A DNA stretch of 64,000 nucleotides from Candidatus Nomurabacteria bacterium (GTDB taxonomy: Bacteria > Patescibacteriota > Minisyncoccia > Phycocordibacterales > CAIZLB01): contig CALRFG010000001.1 of the NCBI GenBank assembly GCA_943356525.1, positions 7,278 to 71,277 on the forward strand, in the 5' to 3' direction. Under the pieces are notes generated by a model. The model searched no databases. It had not been told where the DNA came from and saw only the letters and a program-made list of their open reading frames with translations. How positions within the stretch are numbered: the first letter of the stretch is position 1; each line of letters starts with the position of its first letter. Position numbers and translations under genes: made by a program. Below are positions 44,084-53,264 of this stretch, piece by piece.

Positions 44084-45509
44084 GCAGCTGTATTGCCAGA
44101 TCAATATTTTCCTGATTTAGTTTAGGTTCTTCTTCCGTCAATATATGATTAAGTTTAGCTATATCTCTTGCTAGACAAAGTATTTTGTCTAAATAAGCTC
44201 TATCAAGTAAATTAATATTTTTTTCAATAAATATATTTGAGGCATATTCATCAATAATCTTGACCTCTGCATTCCTAAATTTACTTATAATATTGTTCAC
44301 TTTTATATAATCATCTGAAATATAATCTATAGAATTTTCATAAGCTGTATTTATGTGAAAATCAAAAAAACCATTCTCTATTCTCTGTATTCTCTGCCTA
44401 TATTTTAAAATATTTCTTTGTAAACAGAAACATTTATTATTTCCAATATTATTAAAAAAAACATTACTATTACCACATGGACAGGAATTGTAAAAGCAAA
44501 GTATACTGGATGAATTATATTTTTTAATAATATACAGTGATTCTTCACTCATATTCAAAAAATCTTCTATAATATTAAAACCAAATAAGCTTTTATTTAA
44601 TAAATCAGACAAATCATTTTTTTGAGTCTGACTGTCTAGTATTGAAACTTTAGGATAAGTATATGTTTCAAGTATTTGATCATCACTTAAATTTAGCATA
44701 TTTGACATTTTTAGTACCTCAATAGGATTTAGTTTTTTATTATAATATATCAAGTTTTCTATATATTTTTTAATAAATGATTTTTTAGTATTTTCTATAA
44801 ATATATTTCTTTTAGTACAAATTGCTAAAATTATCTTTAGTATATTTATATTCAAGTCTTTAGACGATTTAATTTTAATTAGATTAGTGTCAGGGGTGAT
44901 TTTACAGATACCCTTATCAATACTTTCATTTTCCTTACCTTTAAGAACTGAGTAGCTTTTATTTTTAATATTATTAATTAAGTCACCTAAGTTATTTGAA
45001 GAAATAAATTTGATATTATTTTCTATTATTAATTTCTGTATATCTATCTTATTTTTATCAAGTCTATCAATCTCGACTTGAGTACATACTATAATTTTAA
45101 TATTATTTTTAATAGCTTGATATATAGATCTAATTATAAAATTACCTGGAATTATATTTCCTAGTATTGATAATTCCCCTATAACAATAGCATCTTCATC
45201 AATATTGATTTGATCCATACAAGACAAGTAACTTAAGGCTATTGATAAATCATATATATTCGTTTTCTTAACTATATTAGTAGGTAAAAGGTTAACAGTT
45301 ATTTTCTTATTATCAGATTTTAAATTTACTAGTCTCTGAGACCTAAGTGCTGAGTATATTCTATCTTTAGTGTCTGTAGAGTTTTTTTGATTGATACCTA
45401 ATATAGAAAATCTATAGAGACCATTTAATATTATTGTCTCAATCTCTATGAGGTTAGTTTTATTTAATTCTGTATCTATTGAATATATTTTAATATTATT
45501 TAACATCAA
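44067..45509 (-). CDS. ComM/YifB (Mg-chelatase-like) family homolog with degenerate ATPase motifs
   Basis: N-terminal Lon/ChlI-like domain and the ComM zinc-finger region (ILCFYNSCPCGN...CFCLQRNILKYRQRI) are present. At the Walker A position GPPGTGKT is replaced by IENTKKSF, and at Walker B FLDE is replaced by ILDSQ. Confidence 0.6.
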   Translation of the reverse strand: MMLNNIKIYSIDTELNKTNLIEIETIILNGLYRFSILGINQKNSTDTKDRIYSALRSQRLVNLKSDNKKITVNLLPTNIVKKTNIYDLSIALSYLSCMDQINIDEDAIVIGELSILGNIIPGNFIIRSIYQAIKNNIKIIVCTQVEIDRLDKNKIDIQKLIIENNIKFISSNNLGDLINNIKNKSYSVLKGKENESIDKGICKITPDTNLIKIKSSKDLNINILKIILAICTKRNIFIENTKKSFIKKYIENLIYYNKKLNPIEVLKMSNMLNLSDDQILETYTYPKVSILDSQTQKNDLSDLLNKSLFGFNIIEDFLNMSEESLYIIKKYNSSSILCFYNSCPCGNSNVFFNNIGNNKCFCLQRNILKYRQRIQRIENGFFDFHINTAYENSIDYISDDYIKVNNIISKFRNAEVKIIDEYASNIFIEKNINLLDRAYLDKILCLARDIAKLNHILTEEEPKLNQENIDLAIQLLKKDF

Positions 45510-45609
45510 TTAAATAATACAAAACTATAGATAAAGTTTTCATAAAGAAAATATAAATAAAGTCAGAAGAAAAGATAAGTTTATATAAAAAAACTACTTA
45601 CAAATCTAC

Positions 45610-46671
45610 CTATCTAGATATGTTTTCTTTAAGTAATCTGTTTTTAATATCAAGAAATGATTGATCTCCTGAAGTAATTAATAAGAATTTATTATTAATA
45701 AAACCATAAATAATATTTGTATTACTCTCATTATCTACATACTCTCTAATATCATAATTTTTTAAAATTCTATCCACAAAGACTTTTGTGTTATTCTTGT
45801 AATATTTTTTAGTAATAATCACCGGAGAGCTGCTACTGTTTGTTATAGATGTAGTTGCTGTCATTACTGTTGTTGAAGATGTTGTAGGTGTTAAAGTTAC
45901 TTTATTTAAAATTTCATTATTTCCTATAAATATTTCTTTTAAGTCTATTGGCATAAAACTTTCCCAATCCAGTATTGACTTGAATGCTAAGTCGAAATTA
46001 CTTATTTCTAAAAGTAGATAATTTTCAAACTGACCTCCTTCTCTGGAATATAAGCCAAAAGCATAGTTTTCACTAAAAGACCTTAATAGTGCTTCATTTC
46101 CTGAATATTTAATTTTTTCAAATAATTGCCTTACTTTTAAATTTGAATCTATACCAACATTATTATTAGGTGTTATATTACTATCCAATAATAATTGTTT
46201 TATATTATTCAATTCAGAAATAACCCCCTCCCTTTCTAGTTTTGAAAAATCACTAGATTTTAGTATTTCAGGGTTCAATACATTGTTATACTTCAGCAAT
46301 GGCTGTTGATCACTTAAAGACAAATCTTCAGAAGGATTTGATAAGTCTGATTCAATTTTATTAAACCACAAGTTTTTTGAGTCATATAACATATATAATG
46401 CTATCGATACTAATGAAATTAAAAAAATAACTATTATTAAAATAACTATATTTTTTTTTGAAAAAAAATTATTATCAGACCCTGCACTATTTTTTTTATC
46501 AAAATCTCTACTATAAGTAGAATTTTTAGGATCTGTAATTATTTTTATAATATTCTTACCATAGCTATTATCCATTATGGCCGAAGCAAGATCGCTTTCT
46601 AATGTGTGTATAGAAGGTATTTTTTTTTCTAACTGTATATCATAACCATCGTTTAATTTATTTTCACTCAT
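45610..46671 (-). CDS. hypothetical bitopic membrane protein
   Basis: 353 aa with a single TM near residue 85-105 and a Ser/Thr-rich stretch. Confidence 0.45.
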   Translation of the reverse strand: MSENKLNDGYDIQLEKKIPSIHTLESDLASAIMDNSYGKNIIKIITDPKNSTYSRDFDKKNSAGSDNNFFSKKNIVILIIVIFLISLVSIALYMLYDSKNLWFNKIESDLSNPSEDLSLSDQQPLLKYNNVLNPEILKSSDFSKLEREGVISELNNIKQLLLDSNITPNNNVGIDSNLKVRQLFEKIKYSGNEALLRSFSENYAFGLYSREGGQFENYLLLEISNFDLAFKSILDWESFMPIDLKEIFIGNNEILNKVTLTPTTSSTTVMTATTSITNSSSSPVIITKKYYKNNTKVFVDRILKNYDIREYVDNESNTNIIYGFINNKFLLITSGDQSFLDIKNRLLKENISR

Positions 46672-46684
46672 ACTTATTATTATT

Positions 46685-47290
46685 TTATTTTAAATCAGAG
46701 TCAGTTTGATTAAATTTTTTTAACCCCCTTTTACTTCCAGATGTGATATTTTGTCTAGTACTATTGTTTTTAGAGCTTGTTTTACTATAAAAAAGATATC
46801 TAGAAGGGTTTTCAGATAAATCAATAAATTCATCAGCATGTTCTTTTACCATTGATGATGCAGATTTACCAAAAGCCACAACCTCAACCCTACACCCAAA
46901 AGTTCCTTGTAGATATTGGACAAGGTGTACAAAATCACCATCCCCAGATGCTATGATAACTACATCAAGTTTAGGCGCTAATCGAATTGCGTCTATTGCA
47001 AGACCTACATCCCAGTCAGCCTTTTTTGATCCGCTACTAAAAATCTGTATGTCTTTTATTTTAGTTTCGATTCCCATTTTTTCAAGCGCATCAAAAAAAT
47101 TCTGCTCTTCAATAGAATCTGTGTTAATCACATATGCAACAGCTCTAATTAGGTTTCTTTCTGCTAGAATATCTGTAATTATATTTTGAAAATTAACCTT
47201 AGATCTATATAAATTTTTTGCTCCATGGTACAGGTTTTGAGTATCAATAAAAATACCTACCCTTTGCCCTTTATGTTTTAAATTTTCCAT
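46685..47290 (-). CDS. NYN-domain (LabA-like, PIN-like nuclease fold) protein
   Basis: VGIFIDTQNL ... ADWDVGLAIDAI ... VVIIASGDGDF pattern typical of LabA/NYN proteins. Confidence 0.7.
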   Translation of the reverse strand: MENLKHKGQRVGIFIDTQNLYHGAKNLYRSKVNFQNIITDILAERNLIRAVAYVINTDSIEEQNFFDALEKMGIETKIKDIQIFSSGSKKADWDVGLAIDAIRLAPKLDVVIIASGDGDFVHLVQYLQGTFGCRVEVVAFGKSASSMVKEHADEFIDLSENPSRYLFYSKTSSKNNSTRQNITSGSKRGLKKFNQTDSDLK

Positions 47291-47321
47291 ATGGTTTAAT
47301 TATATATTAATTAGTAAATAA

Positions 47322-47345
47322 TTAAAAATAACCTTGTCGTCAAGG
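47322..47345. terminator. rho-independent terminator downstream of rpsO
   Basis: AACCTTG-ACGA-CAAGGTT hairpin with a flanking T-run on the minus strand. Confidence 0.6.
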
Positions 47346-47371
47346 TTATTTTTAGGTTTTAAAACTTAATC

Positions 47372-47635
47372 TTATTTAGATTTAGATACCTTAACAGATG
47401 CAATATGCCTAGTGGAATCAGATTTTTTTATATATTTTAAATGAGATAACCTTTTTGAAACCATTTTTAACAATCCTCTTCTTGAACTATTGTCTTTTTT
47501 ATGAACTTTCAAGTGATCTGCTAGTTGATTTATTCTTTCTGTAAGTATACCAACTTGAACATCAGAAGAACCTGTGTCTTTGTCATGTAATTTAGTTTTC
47601 GCTATAACTTTAGCTTTTTTAGTTTTAGAAATCAT
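47372..47635 (-). CDS. rpsO: 30S ribosomal protein S15
   Basis: GSSDVQVGILTERINQLADHLKVHKKDNSSRRGLLKMV is a strong S15 signature. Confidence 0.9.
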   Translation of the reverse strand: MISKTKKAKVIAKTKLHDKDTGSSDVQVGILTERINQLADHLKVHKKDNSSRRGLLKMVSKRLSHLKYIKKSDSTRHIASVKVSKSK

Positions 47636-47794
47636 TAAAACATATTAGCATACAATTAATATTTATGCAAGAACGTAAACCTTTTAATTTAATACTATGA
47701 TGTCATAAAGTGCTGTTATGTAGGTACATTTGTATATGAAGAATAAATCATCAATAATGAAGATTTTTAAATTAAAATGGTATAATTAACTATA

Positions 47795-48709
47795 ATGACT
47801 ATAAATGAATGTATTAGAAATTTTCTAGAGTATTTAGAAATAGAAAAAGGTCGTAGCCTTAAGACTATAGATAATTATAGTCGCTATTTAAATTACTTTG
47901 AAAAATACCTTTACACTAAGGACATAAAAGACATAAAAGACATTAAAAGGCAGGATATAAGAGACTTTAGAATGTCTTTAAACAGAAAAAAGACATCAGG
48001 TTTTGATAAAAGTCAGGATGAGTATATAGGTAAAAAAACTCAAAACTACTATCTTATATCAATAAGGTCATTCTTGAAGTTTTTACAGAAAAATGAGATA
48101 AATGCAGTTTCACCTGAAACTATAGATTTAGCCAAGATTCCCGAAAGACATATATCTTTTATGACAGATAAAGAGCTAAATGCTTTACTTATGGCTCCTA
48201 AGTCTATAATTAATGGAGAAAACAAAGAAAAATACAGAGATACAGCCATTATAGAACTTTTATTTTCCACAGGTTTACGTGTTTCTGAGCTATGCTCTTT
48301 ACCTAACGATTTAGATTTAAGTCAAAATGAGATTTCTGTACGCGGAAAAGGTTCTAAAGTAAGGGTTGTTTTTATAACTGATGATGCAATGATAGCAGTT
48401 AAAGAGTACAAATCTAAGTTTATAGAAGGTAAAAAGATAGTTAATGATAAATTGTTTCCCGTGACACCAAGAACTATAGAAAGGATTGTCAAAAAATACT
48501 CAACAATTGCCGGAATATCAAAAAAAATAACTCCACATATACTAAGACATAGCTTTGCTACTAATCTTTTACAAAATGGTGCTGATATAAGATCAGTTCA
48601 AGCAATGCTTGGTCATTCGAATATATCAACAACACAGATATATACACATGTCACAGACTCACATCTAAAAAATATACATAAGAGTTTTCACAAAAAACCA
48701 ACAAAATAG
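47795..48709 (+). CDS. tyrosine site-specific recombinase, XerC/XerD-like
   Basis: C-terminal catalytic region HILRHSFATNLLQNGADIRSVQAMLGHSNISTTQIYTHV (R..HxxR...Y). ~300 aa, typical for Xer. Confidence 0.8.
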   Translation: MTINECIRNFLEYLEIEKGRSLKTIDNYSRYLNYFEKYLYTKDIKDIKDIKRQDIRDFRMSLNRKKTSGFDKSQDEYIGKKTQNYYLISIRSFLKFLQKNEINAVSPETIDLAKIPERHISFMTDKELNALLMAPKSIINGENKEKYRDTAIIELLFSTGLRVSELCSLPNDLDLSQNEISVRGKGSKVRVVFITDDAMIAVKEYKSKFIEGKKIVNDKLFPVTPRTIERIVKKYSTIAGISKKITPHILRHSFATNLLQNGADIRSVQAMLGHSNISTTQIYTHVTDSHLKNIHKSFHKKPTK

Positions 48710-48730
48710 GGGAATTTGTTACATATGAAA

Positions 48731-50200
48731 CTATCTAACTTTATATTTTGACCTTATATTATGTATTTTTTCATCAATCTCTTGTTTTTTATGACTCAAA
48801 GCAACCTTATTTAACTGATCTAGTTCATCTTGGTTCATGTGTAACAACTCATTAGATATTTTCAATAGTGATTCTCTTGTGTTCAATTCAGGGTTATCTA
48901 AACATTTATCTAGTAATATATTTAAAATTATACCTATTACTGGTCCTGATTTCACGTGTAACATGTTTATTAAGTCATTACCATCTATTTTAAGCATAGA
49001 AGCATCTGTAGGATCTGCTAACACTTCCTCTATCATAGACATATATTTTCTAAGTCTATAAGGATCTTCTTTCGGTCTTCCTGTACCAACACGGTCACAT
49101 ATCCTCAGGTTTATAAGATCCCATATGTTTTCTCGCCCAACGTTTGATATCATTCGTCTTACCGCAGATTTTGTTATTTGATCTGTATCTGAAAAAAACA
49201 TGTGCCACCTTATGAGTTTTGTAACCTTGTTTATTGTTTCATGTGAAAACTTTAAATCGTTTAATATCTGCTTTGTCATCTTGGTTCCAACAACCTCATG
49301 ATTATAAAAAGTATAATCGTTCTTTTCCTTTGAAAATACACGGGTCGAAGGTTTACCTATGTCATGAAATAGGGCAGCAAGTCTTATTTCTAATGGATAA
49401 TTCTTATCTACTGCACACTGAAGACTTCTTATTAGGTGTTCAAAGACATCATAAGTATGACAACCATTTTGCTTAACATTGACAGCTTCTTTTAAGTGTA
49501 TTGTTATATATTGTAAAATATCAATTTTACTCATATATATAAATGCTTTTATAGCATCGGAGGACATAAGTATTTTACAGAACTCATCCTTTATCCTTTC
49601 TTTGGCTATTTTTTCTAATATTTGTCTCTTATCCATCGCTGATATTAAAGTGTTTGTATCAATAGAGAAGTCTAATTGGGCAGAAAATCTAATCATTCTA
49701 AGTATCCGCAATCCATCCTCTGAGAATCGCTCATTTGCCTCACCAACACACTTTATTAACTTAGCCTCTATATCAATCATCCCATTGAAAGGGTCTACCA
49801 GTGTCTTTTCTAGCGGACTATAGGCTATTGCGTTTATTGTAAAATCTCTCCTAGATAGGTCTTTATTAATATCATCGGTGTATTCAATACTATCTGGTCT
49901 CCTACCGTCAGAATAAGAACCTTCTTTTCTATAAGGTGTAACCTCAACAACACCTATTGATGTCTTAATTCCTACTGTACCGTAGTCATTTTCGTAAAAT
50001 GAGTCAGGAAACAATGCCTGTATCTCATCAGGCTTAGCATTTGTTGTTATATCCCAATCTTTAGGTATTTTATTCATTAACATGTCTCTTACGCAACCAC
50101 CGACTAAATAACCCTCATAGTTGCTATTATCTAGAGTTTCTAAAATTAAAGTTATTTCTTCAGGAATTTTAATGTCTTTTATTATTTTTGATTTGTTCAT
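48731..50200 (-). CDS. cca: tRNA nucleotidyltransferase (CCA-adding enzyme) with HD domain
   Basis: Pol-beta-like head GYLVGGCVRDMLM...DWDITT. HD domain HDIGK. Confidence 0.8.
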   Translation of the reverse strand: MNKSKIIKDIKIPEEITLILETLDNSNYEGYLVGGCVRDMLMNKIPKDWDITTNAKPDEIQALFPDSFYENDYGTVGIKTSIGVVEVTPYRKEGSYSDGRRPDSIEYTDDINKDLSRRDFTINAIAYSPLEKTLVDPFNGMIDIEAKLIKCVGEANERFSEDGLRILRMIRFSAQLDFSIDTNTLISAMDKRQILEKIAKERIKDEFCKILMSSDAIKAFIYMSKIDILQYITIHLKEAVNVKQNGCHTYDVFEHLIRSLQCAVDKNYPLEIRLAALFHDIGKPSTRVFSKEKNDYTFYNHEVVGTKMTKQILNDLKFSHETINKVTKLIRWHMFFSDTDQITKSAVRRMISNVGRENIWDLINLRICDRVGTGRPKEDPYRLRKYMSMIEEVLADPTDASMLKIDGNDLINMLHVKSGPVIGIILNILLDKCLDNPELNTRESLLKISNELLHMNQDELDQLNKVALSHKKQEIDEKIHNIRSKYKVR

Positions 50201-50258
50201 AAGTATGATATATTAGTTCTTATACTTGAAATATAATACTTTTTAAGTAAAATTAAAA

Positions 50259-50330
50259 GCACCTATGGTGAAATGGATATCACATCGGTCTTCGGAACCG
50301 CTGTTCTGGGTTCGAATCCTGGTGGGTGCA
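50259..50330 (+). tRNA. tRNA-Arg (TCG), anticodon assignment tentative
   Basis: Cloverleaf with GCACCTA/TGGGTGC acceptor, GG in the D-loop, TTCGAAT T-loop. Anticodon loop CTTCGGA on a 4-bp stem with one mismatch. Confidence 0.6.
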
Positions 50331-50349
50331 CATGATTAAGATAGGAAAT

Positions 50350-50420
50350 GCGGGATTGGTTTAGTGGTAGAATACGTCCTTGCCAAGGATGAGACAAGAG
50401 TTCGATTCTCTTATCCCGCA
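50350..50420 (+). tRNA. tRNA-Gly (GCC)
   Basis: GCGGGAT/ATCCCGC acceptor. Anticodon loop TTGCCAA. T-arm AGAG-TTCGATT-CTCT. Confidence 0.8.
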
Positions 50421-50633
50421 CTATTTAGTAAAGGTTTTTGTGTTATTTAATGTTTTTGGTTTAGTGTTTCTATACTTATATCGGTCAAATTGTGGATAAC
50501 TATGTGTATATGTGTATAAAAGACATATTGCAACATGACTTATATCTAAACAAAATAGTCTCAGAAATCTGTCTTTATATTTACTTCATTTTTTCTTGAT
50601 TAAAACTTTATCATTTCTTTACCGGAACTTTAT

Positions 50634-51068
50634 GTGTCTTTATGTAGAATATTGGACATGAATAACTTAAATAAAAAATTTAATAATAGTGTTGGATACA
50701 AAGGGGAGACTGCTGTTATGTATAAATTAAAGACATGTGGCTTTGAGTTATATAAAAGAAACATTAAAAAAATTGACTCAGAGATAGATATTGTAGTTTA
50801 CAAGTACAATCTGTGCAAAAAAACTTTAGATATAAGGATTATTGAAGTTAAAACAAGAAAAAGTTATGAATTTGATTTATCTACTTTTGGTATCGATAAA
50901 AAATGGAGACTTATAAGAAAGCATATTTTTAATATAAAAGAGGATATTGATCGTAAATTTGACATCCTTAATTATTCAGAGATACATTTTGATCTAGCTT
51001 TGGTTAAATATCATGAAAATGATTATAAAATATATAGATATATTAAAGACGTTAACCTAATGCTTTAG
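50634..51068 (+). CDS. YraN-family (UPF0102) endonuclease-like protein
   Basis: GYKGETAVMYKLKTCGFELYKRN...SEIDIVVYK...LDIRIIEVKTRKS matches the YraN GE..A..YL...G..IL.RN...GEID.I......L.FVEVK.R pattern. The Met at ~50658 is the likelier start. Confidence 0.6.
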   Translation: MSLCRILDMNNLNKKFNNSVGYKGETAVMYKLKTCGFELYKRNIKKIDSEIDIVVYKYNLCKKTLDIRIIEVKTRKSYEFDLSTFGIDKKWRLIRKHIFNIKEDIDRKFDILNYSEIHFDLALVKYHENDYKIYRYIKDVNLML

Positions 51069-51116
51069 ATGTTGAGGGTTTCTTATTATTTCGTTGTGTG
51101 GTAATATCTAAACAAT

Positions 51117-51189
51117 CGGGGCGTGGTGTAACGGCTAACATGCATCACTTGGGCTGATGTGACTCTGGGTTCGAATCCCAGCGCTCCGA
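51117..51189 (+). tRNA. tRNA-Pro (TGG)
   Basis: C1-G72 acceptor pair, typical of bacterial tRNA-Pro. Anticodon loop CTTGGGC with G37. T-arm CTGGG-TTCGAAT-CCCAG. Confidence 0.75.
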
Positions 51190-51193
51190 CAAT

Positions 51194-51499
51194 ATGTCTT
51201 TTATTAAAAATAAAGAAGACTTCATTTGCGAAAATTGTGGTTATGAAAATAAAGGTAATGGCTATACAAATCATTGCTCAAGGTGTCTTTTCAGTAAACA
51301 TGTTGATATAAACCCTGGCGACAGGTTAAATAGCTGTGGTGGGCTTATGGAGCCCATTTATGTGTCATATACAAACAATGAGAAGTATGTGATACAAAAA
51401 TGTTTGAAATGCTCTTACGAAAAGAAAAATATTTTGAGTGATAGTGATTCTGTAGATGTTATGATTAAAATTCAAAATGATTTAGCTAATAAACAATAA
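51194..51499 (+). CDS. RNHCP-domain zinc-ribbon protein
   Basis: FICENCGYEN...YTNHCSRCLFSKHVD...CLKCSYEK: paired CxxC motifs and the (R)NHC(P) signature. Confidence 0.6.
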   Translation: MSFIKNKEDFICENCGYENKGNGYTNHCSRCLFSKHVDINPGDRLNSCGGLMEPIYVSYTNNEKYVIQKCLKCSYEKKNILSDSDSVDVMIKIQNDLANKQ

Positions 51500-51512
51500 T
51501 AAAACAGTAAAC

Positions 51513-52688
51513 CTATTTTATTATATTTAATCTTACTAGAGATTCTTTGGTGTATTGTTCCAGGGAAGACTTTAACTTAATGTCATTAAATATCTGAATA
51601 AGGCTCATGTCTATCTCTTTTTTAGTTAGTAAATCTTTGATTATAGCTAAAAACGGTTCTGTCTGTGTTTTGTTTATATTCCTCAAATCATATTCCATCA
51701 CAGCAAGAATGTGTTTTATTGTAACAACTCTAACTATTTGAGGTATTTCATTTTTAATCAGTATACTTGAAAGACCTATAAGAGTATTTGATTGACCTTG
51801 AGATATAACCATACCACCTGATGAACCATGGTCTATGTATTTTGAACCTACAACGTCAAGTAAACTGTCTTTTATATTTTGTAATGGACTACTATAAACC
51901 CTAGAAACTGAAACTAAGTCCTTTTTTTGAAATAATTGATTATAAACATTTTTTGATAAAATCTGCTGGGCAGGGTAAGAGTATATATATATACTGTTTA
52001 ACCCAGATTTATCATCGTAATTTGATATTTTTAATTTAGGGTTTACTCTAAGCGCTGTATATATATTTGAACTATCTTTTTTTAATGGTTTAATCCTACT
52101 AGACTCTATTATTGCAAAATCAAATTCTCCTGTAGAATTTTGATCGGGGTCACCGATAACATATTGATTATTTTTATCTAACCAATAATAAGGTATATAT
52201 CTGAGTGATAAGGTATGAGTTGTTGTGGTTGGGCTACCTGTTCGACCGACACATTTTTTACTTGAGTCCAATAAATGTCTTGCAACATGTGCATTTGTTA
52301 GCACAATACCTGAAACCTCATCAGGGTTGGTTAAAAAAACACCACTACCACTTGCAACTTTTGTATATTTTTCAGCAGACTCGCTACAAAAAATATTTAT
52401 TAAATAATTATGTAATTTATCATTATTTATTTTTATATATGTATCACTATTTAACTTTTGTGATGCAAAAATATTTTTTTGTATCTGTGTACTATTTAAA
52501 TTTTTATTTAGATCTAATATTAAAGGTAAAACTTTAGTATTAGATGTTGCCGTTACAGGTGAACCATTTCTTAGGGCCTTATTTTTATATGAAATATTCT
52601 TACTTGGATTATTTAATGTGTTTATACTAAATGTAAAAATGATTATTAAGCTTAGTATATAAAATAGTTTACTGTTGTATATACTCAT
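51513..52688 (-). CDS. membrane-anchored trypsin-like (S1/HtrA-type) serine protease
   Basis: Catalytic triad context TNAHVARH (His), GEFDFAIIE (Asp), DHGSSGGMV (Ser). The track start at 52793 runs antisense through tRNA-Gly; the Met at 52688 (MSIYNSKLFYILSLIIIF) is the likelier start. Confidence 0.7.
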   Translation of the reverse strand: MSIYNSKLFYILSLIIIFTFSINTLNNPSKNISYKNKALRNGSPVTATSNTKVLPLILDLNKNLNSTQIQKNIFASQKLNSDTYIKINNDKLHNYLINIFCSESAEKYTKVASGSGVFLTNPDEVSGIVLTNAHVARHLLDSSKKCVGRTGSPTTTTHTLSLRYIPYYWLDKNNQYVIGDPDQNSTGEFDFAIIESSRIKPLKKDSSNIYTALRVNPKLKISNYDDKSGLNSIYIYSYPAQQILSKNVYNQLFQKKDLVSVSRVYSSPLQNIKDSLLDVVGSKYIDHGSSGGMVISQGQSNTLIGLSSILIKNEIPQIVRVVTIKHILAVMEYDLRNINKTQTEPFLAIIKDLLTKKEIDMSLIQIFNDIKLKSSLEQYTKESLVRLNIIK

Positions 52689-52721
52689 TATATCTGTTAT
52701 TATAACATACATTATAAACAA

Positions 52722-52792
52722 GCGGGATTGGTTTAGTGGTAGAATGACTGCCTTCCAAGCAGTAGACAAGAGTTCGATTCTCTTATCCCGCA
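52722..52792 (+). tRNA. tRNA-Gly (TCC)
   Basis: Acceptor, D and T arms are identical to tRNA-Gly(GCC) at 50350. The anticodon arm ACTGC-CTTCCAA-GCAGT gives anticodon TCC. Confidence 0.8.
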
Positions 52793-52876
52793 CTACATAT
52801 TAGATAATAATAAAACAAAAAACACTTAGTTTTTACTGAGTGTTTTTTGTTTACTTAGTTAAGTTTAATTAAAAAA

Positions 52877-53149
52877 TTATTTAACTGAGTCTTTAAGTGC
52901 TTTTGCTGCACGGAATTTAGGAACATTTGTTGCTGGAACTTTAACAGGCTCTCCTGTTTTTGGGTTTCTAGCTACTCTAGCTGCTCTTTTTTTAACTGAG
53001 AATATACCTAGACCGGCTATTGAAACCTCATCACCTTTTTTAAGTGTTGAGATAATTGAATCCACAATTGTATCAACTACTGATTCTGCTTGAACCTTTG
53101 TTGATCCTAATAATTCGTGTATTTTATCAACCAATGCTGCTTTGTTCAT
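52877..53149 (-). CDS. hup: HU-family DNA-binding protein
   Basis: 90 aa, MNKAALVDKI...GFGTF-like beta-arm (GIFSVKKRAARVARNPKTGEPVKVPA). Confidence 0.9.
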   Translation of the reverse strand: MNKAALVDKIHELLGSTKVQAESVVDTIVDSIISTLKKGDEVSIAGLGIFSVKKRAARVARNPKTGEPVKVPATNVPKFRAAKALKDSVK

Positions 53150-53264
53150 ATTTTTATTTTTGATTTGTTATGTAAATGATAATGAATAATCTTTATTACC
53201 GGAGTAATACATTAATTTTAAAGGGAAAATCTATATATTGCAATAGTTTTTTATTAGAGTATAA

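Noticed and set aside
47900-47960. KDIKDIKDIK triplet repeat in the Xer-like recombinase, considered as a slippage-based phase-variation tract
   Set aside because: It is only three 9-nt units, in-frame, and sits within the N-terminal domain where length variation is tolerated. There is no evidence of variability from a single sequence.
50491-50499. Isolated DnaA box TGTGGATAA near the tRNA-Arg/Gly genes
   Set aside because: It is a single 9-mer with a chance expectation of about 0.5 per window. It has no cluster or AT-rich DUE context, unlike the dnaA-dnaN region.
52689-52793. N-terminal extension of the serine protease ORF (MRDKRIELLSTAWKAV...)
   Set aside because: This stretch is the antisense of tRNA-Gly(TCC). 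The hydrophobic signal anchor follows the internal Met at 52688.
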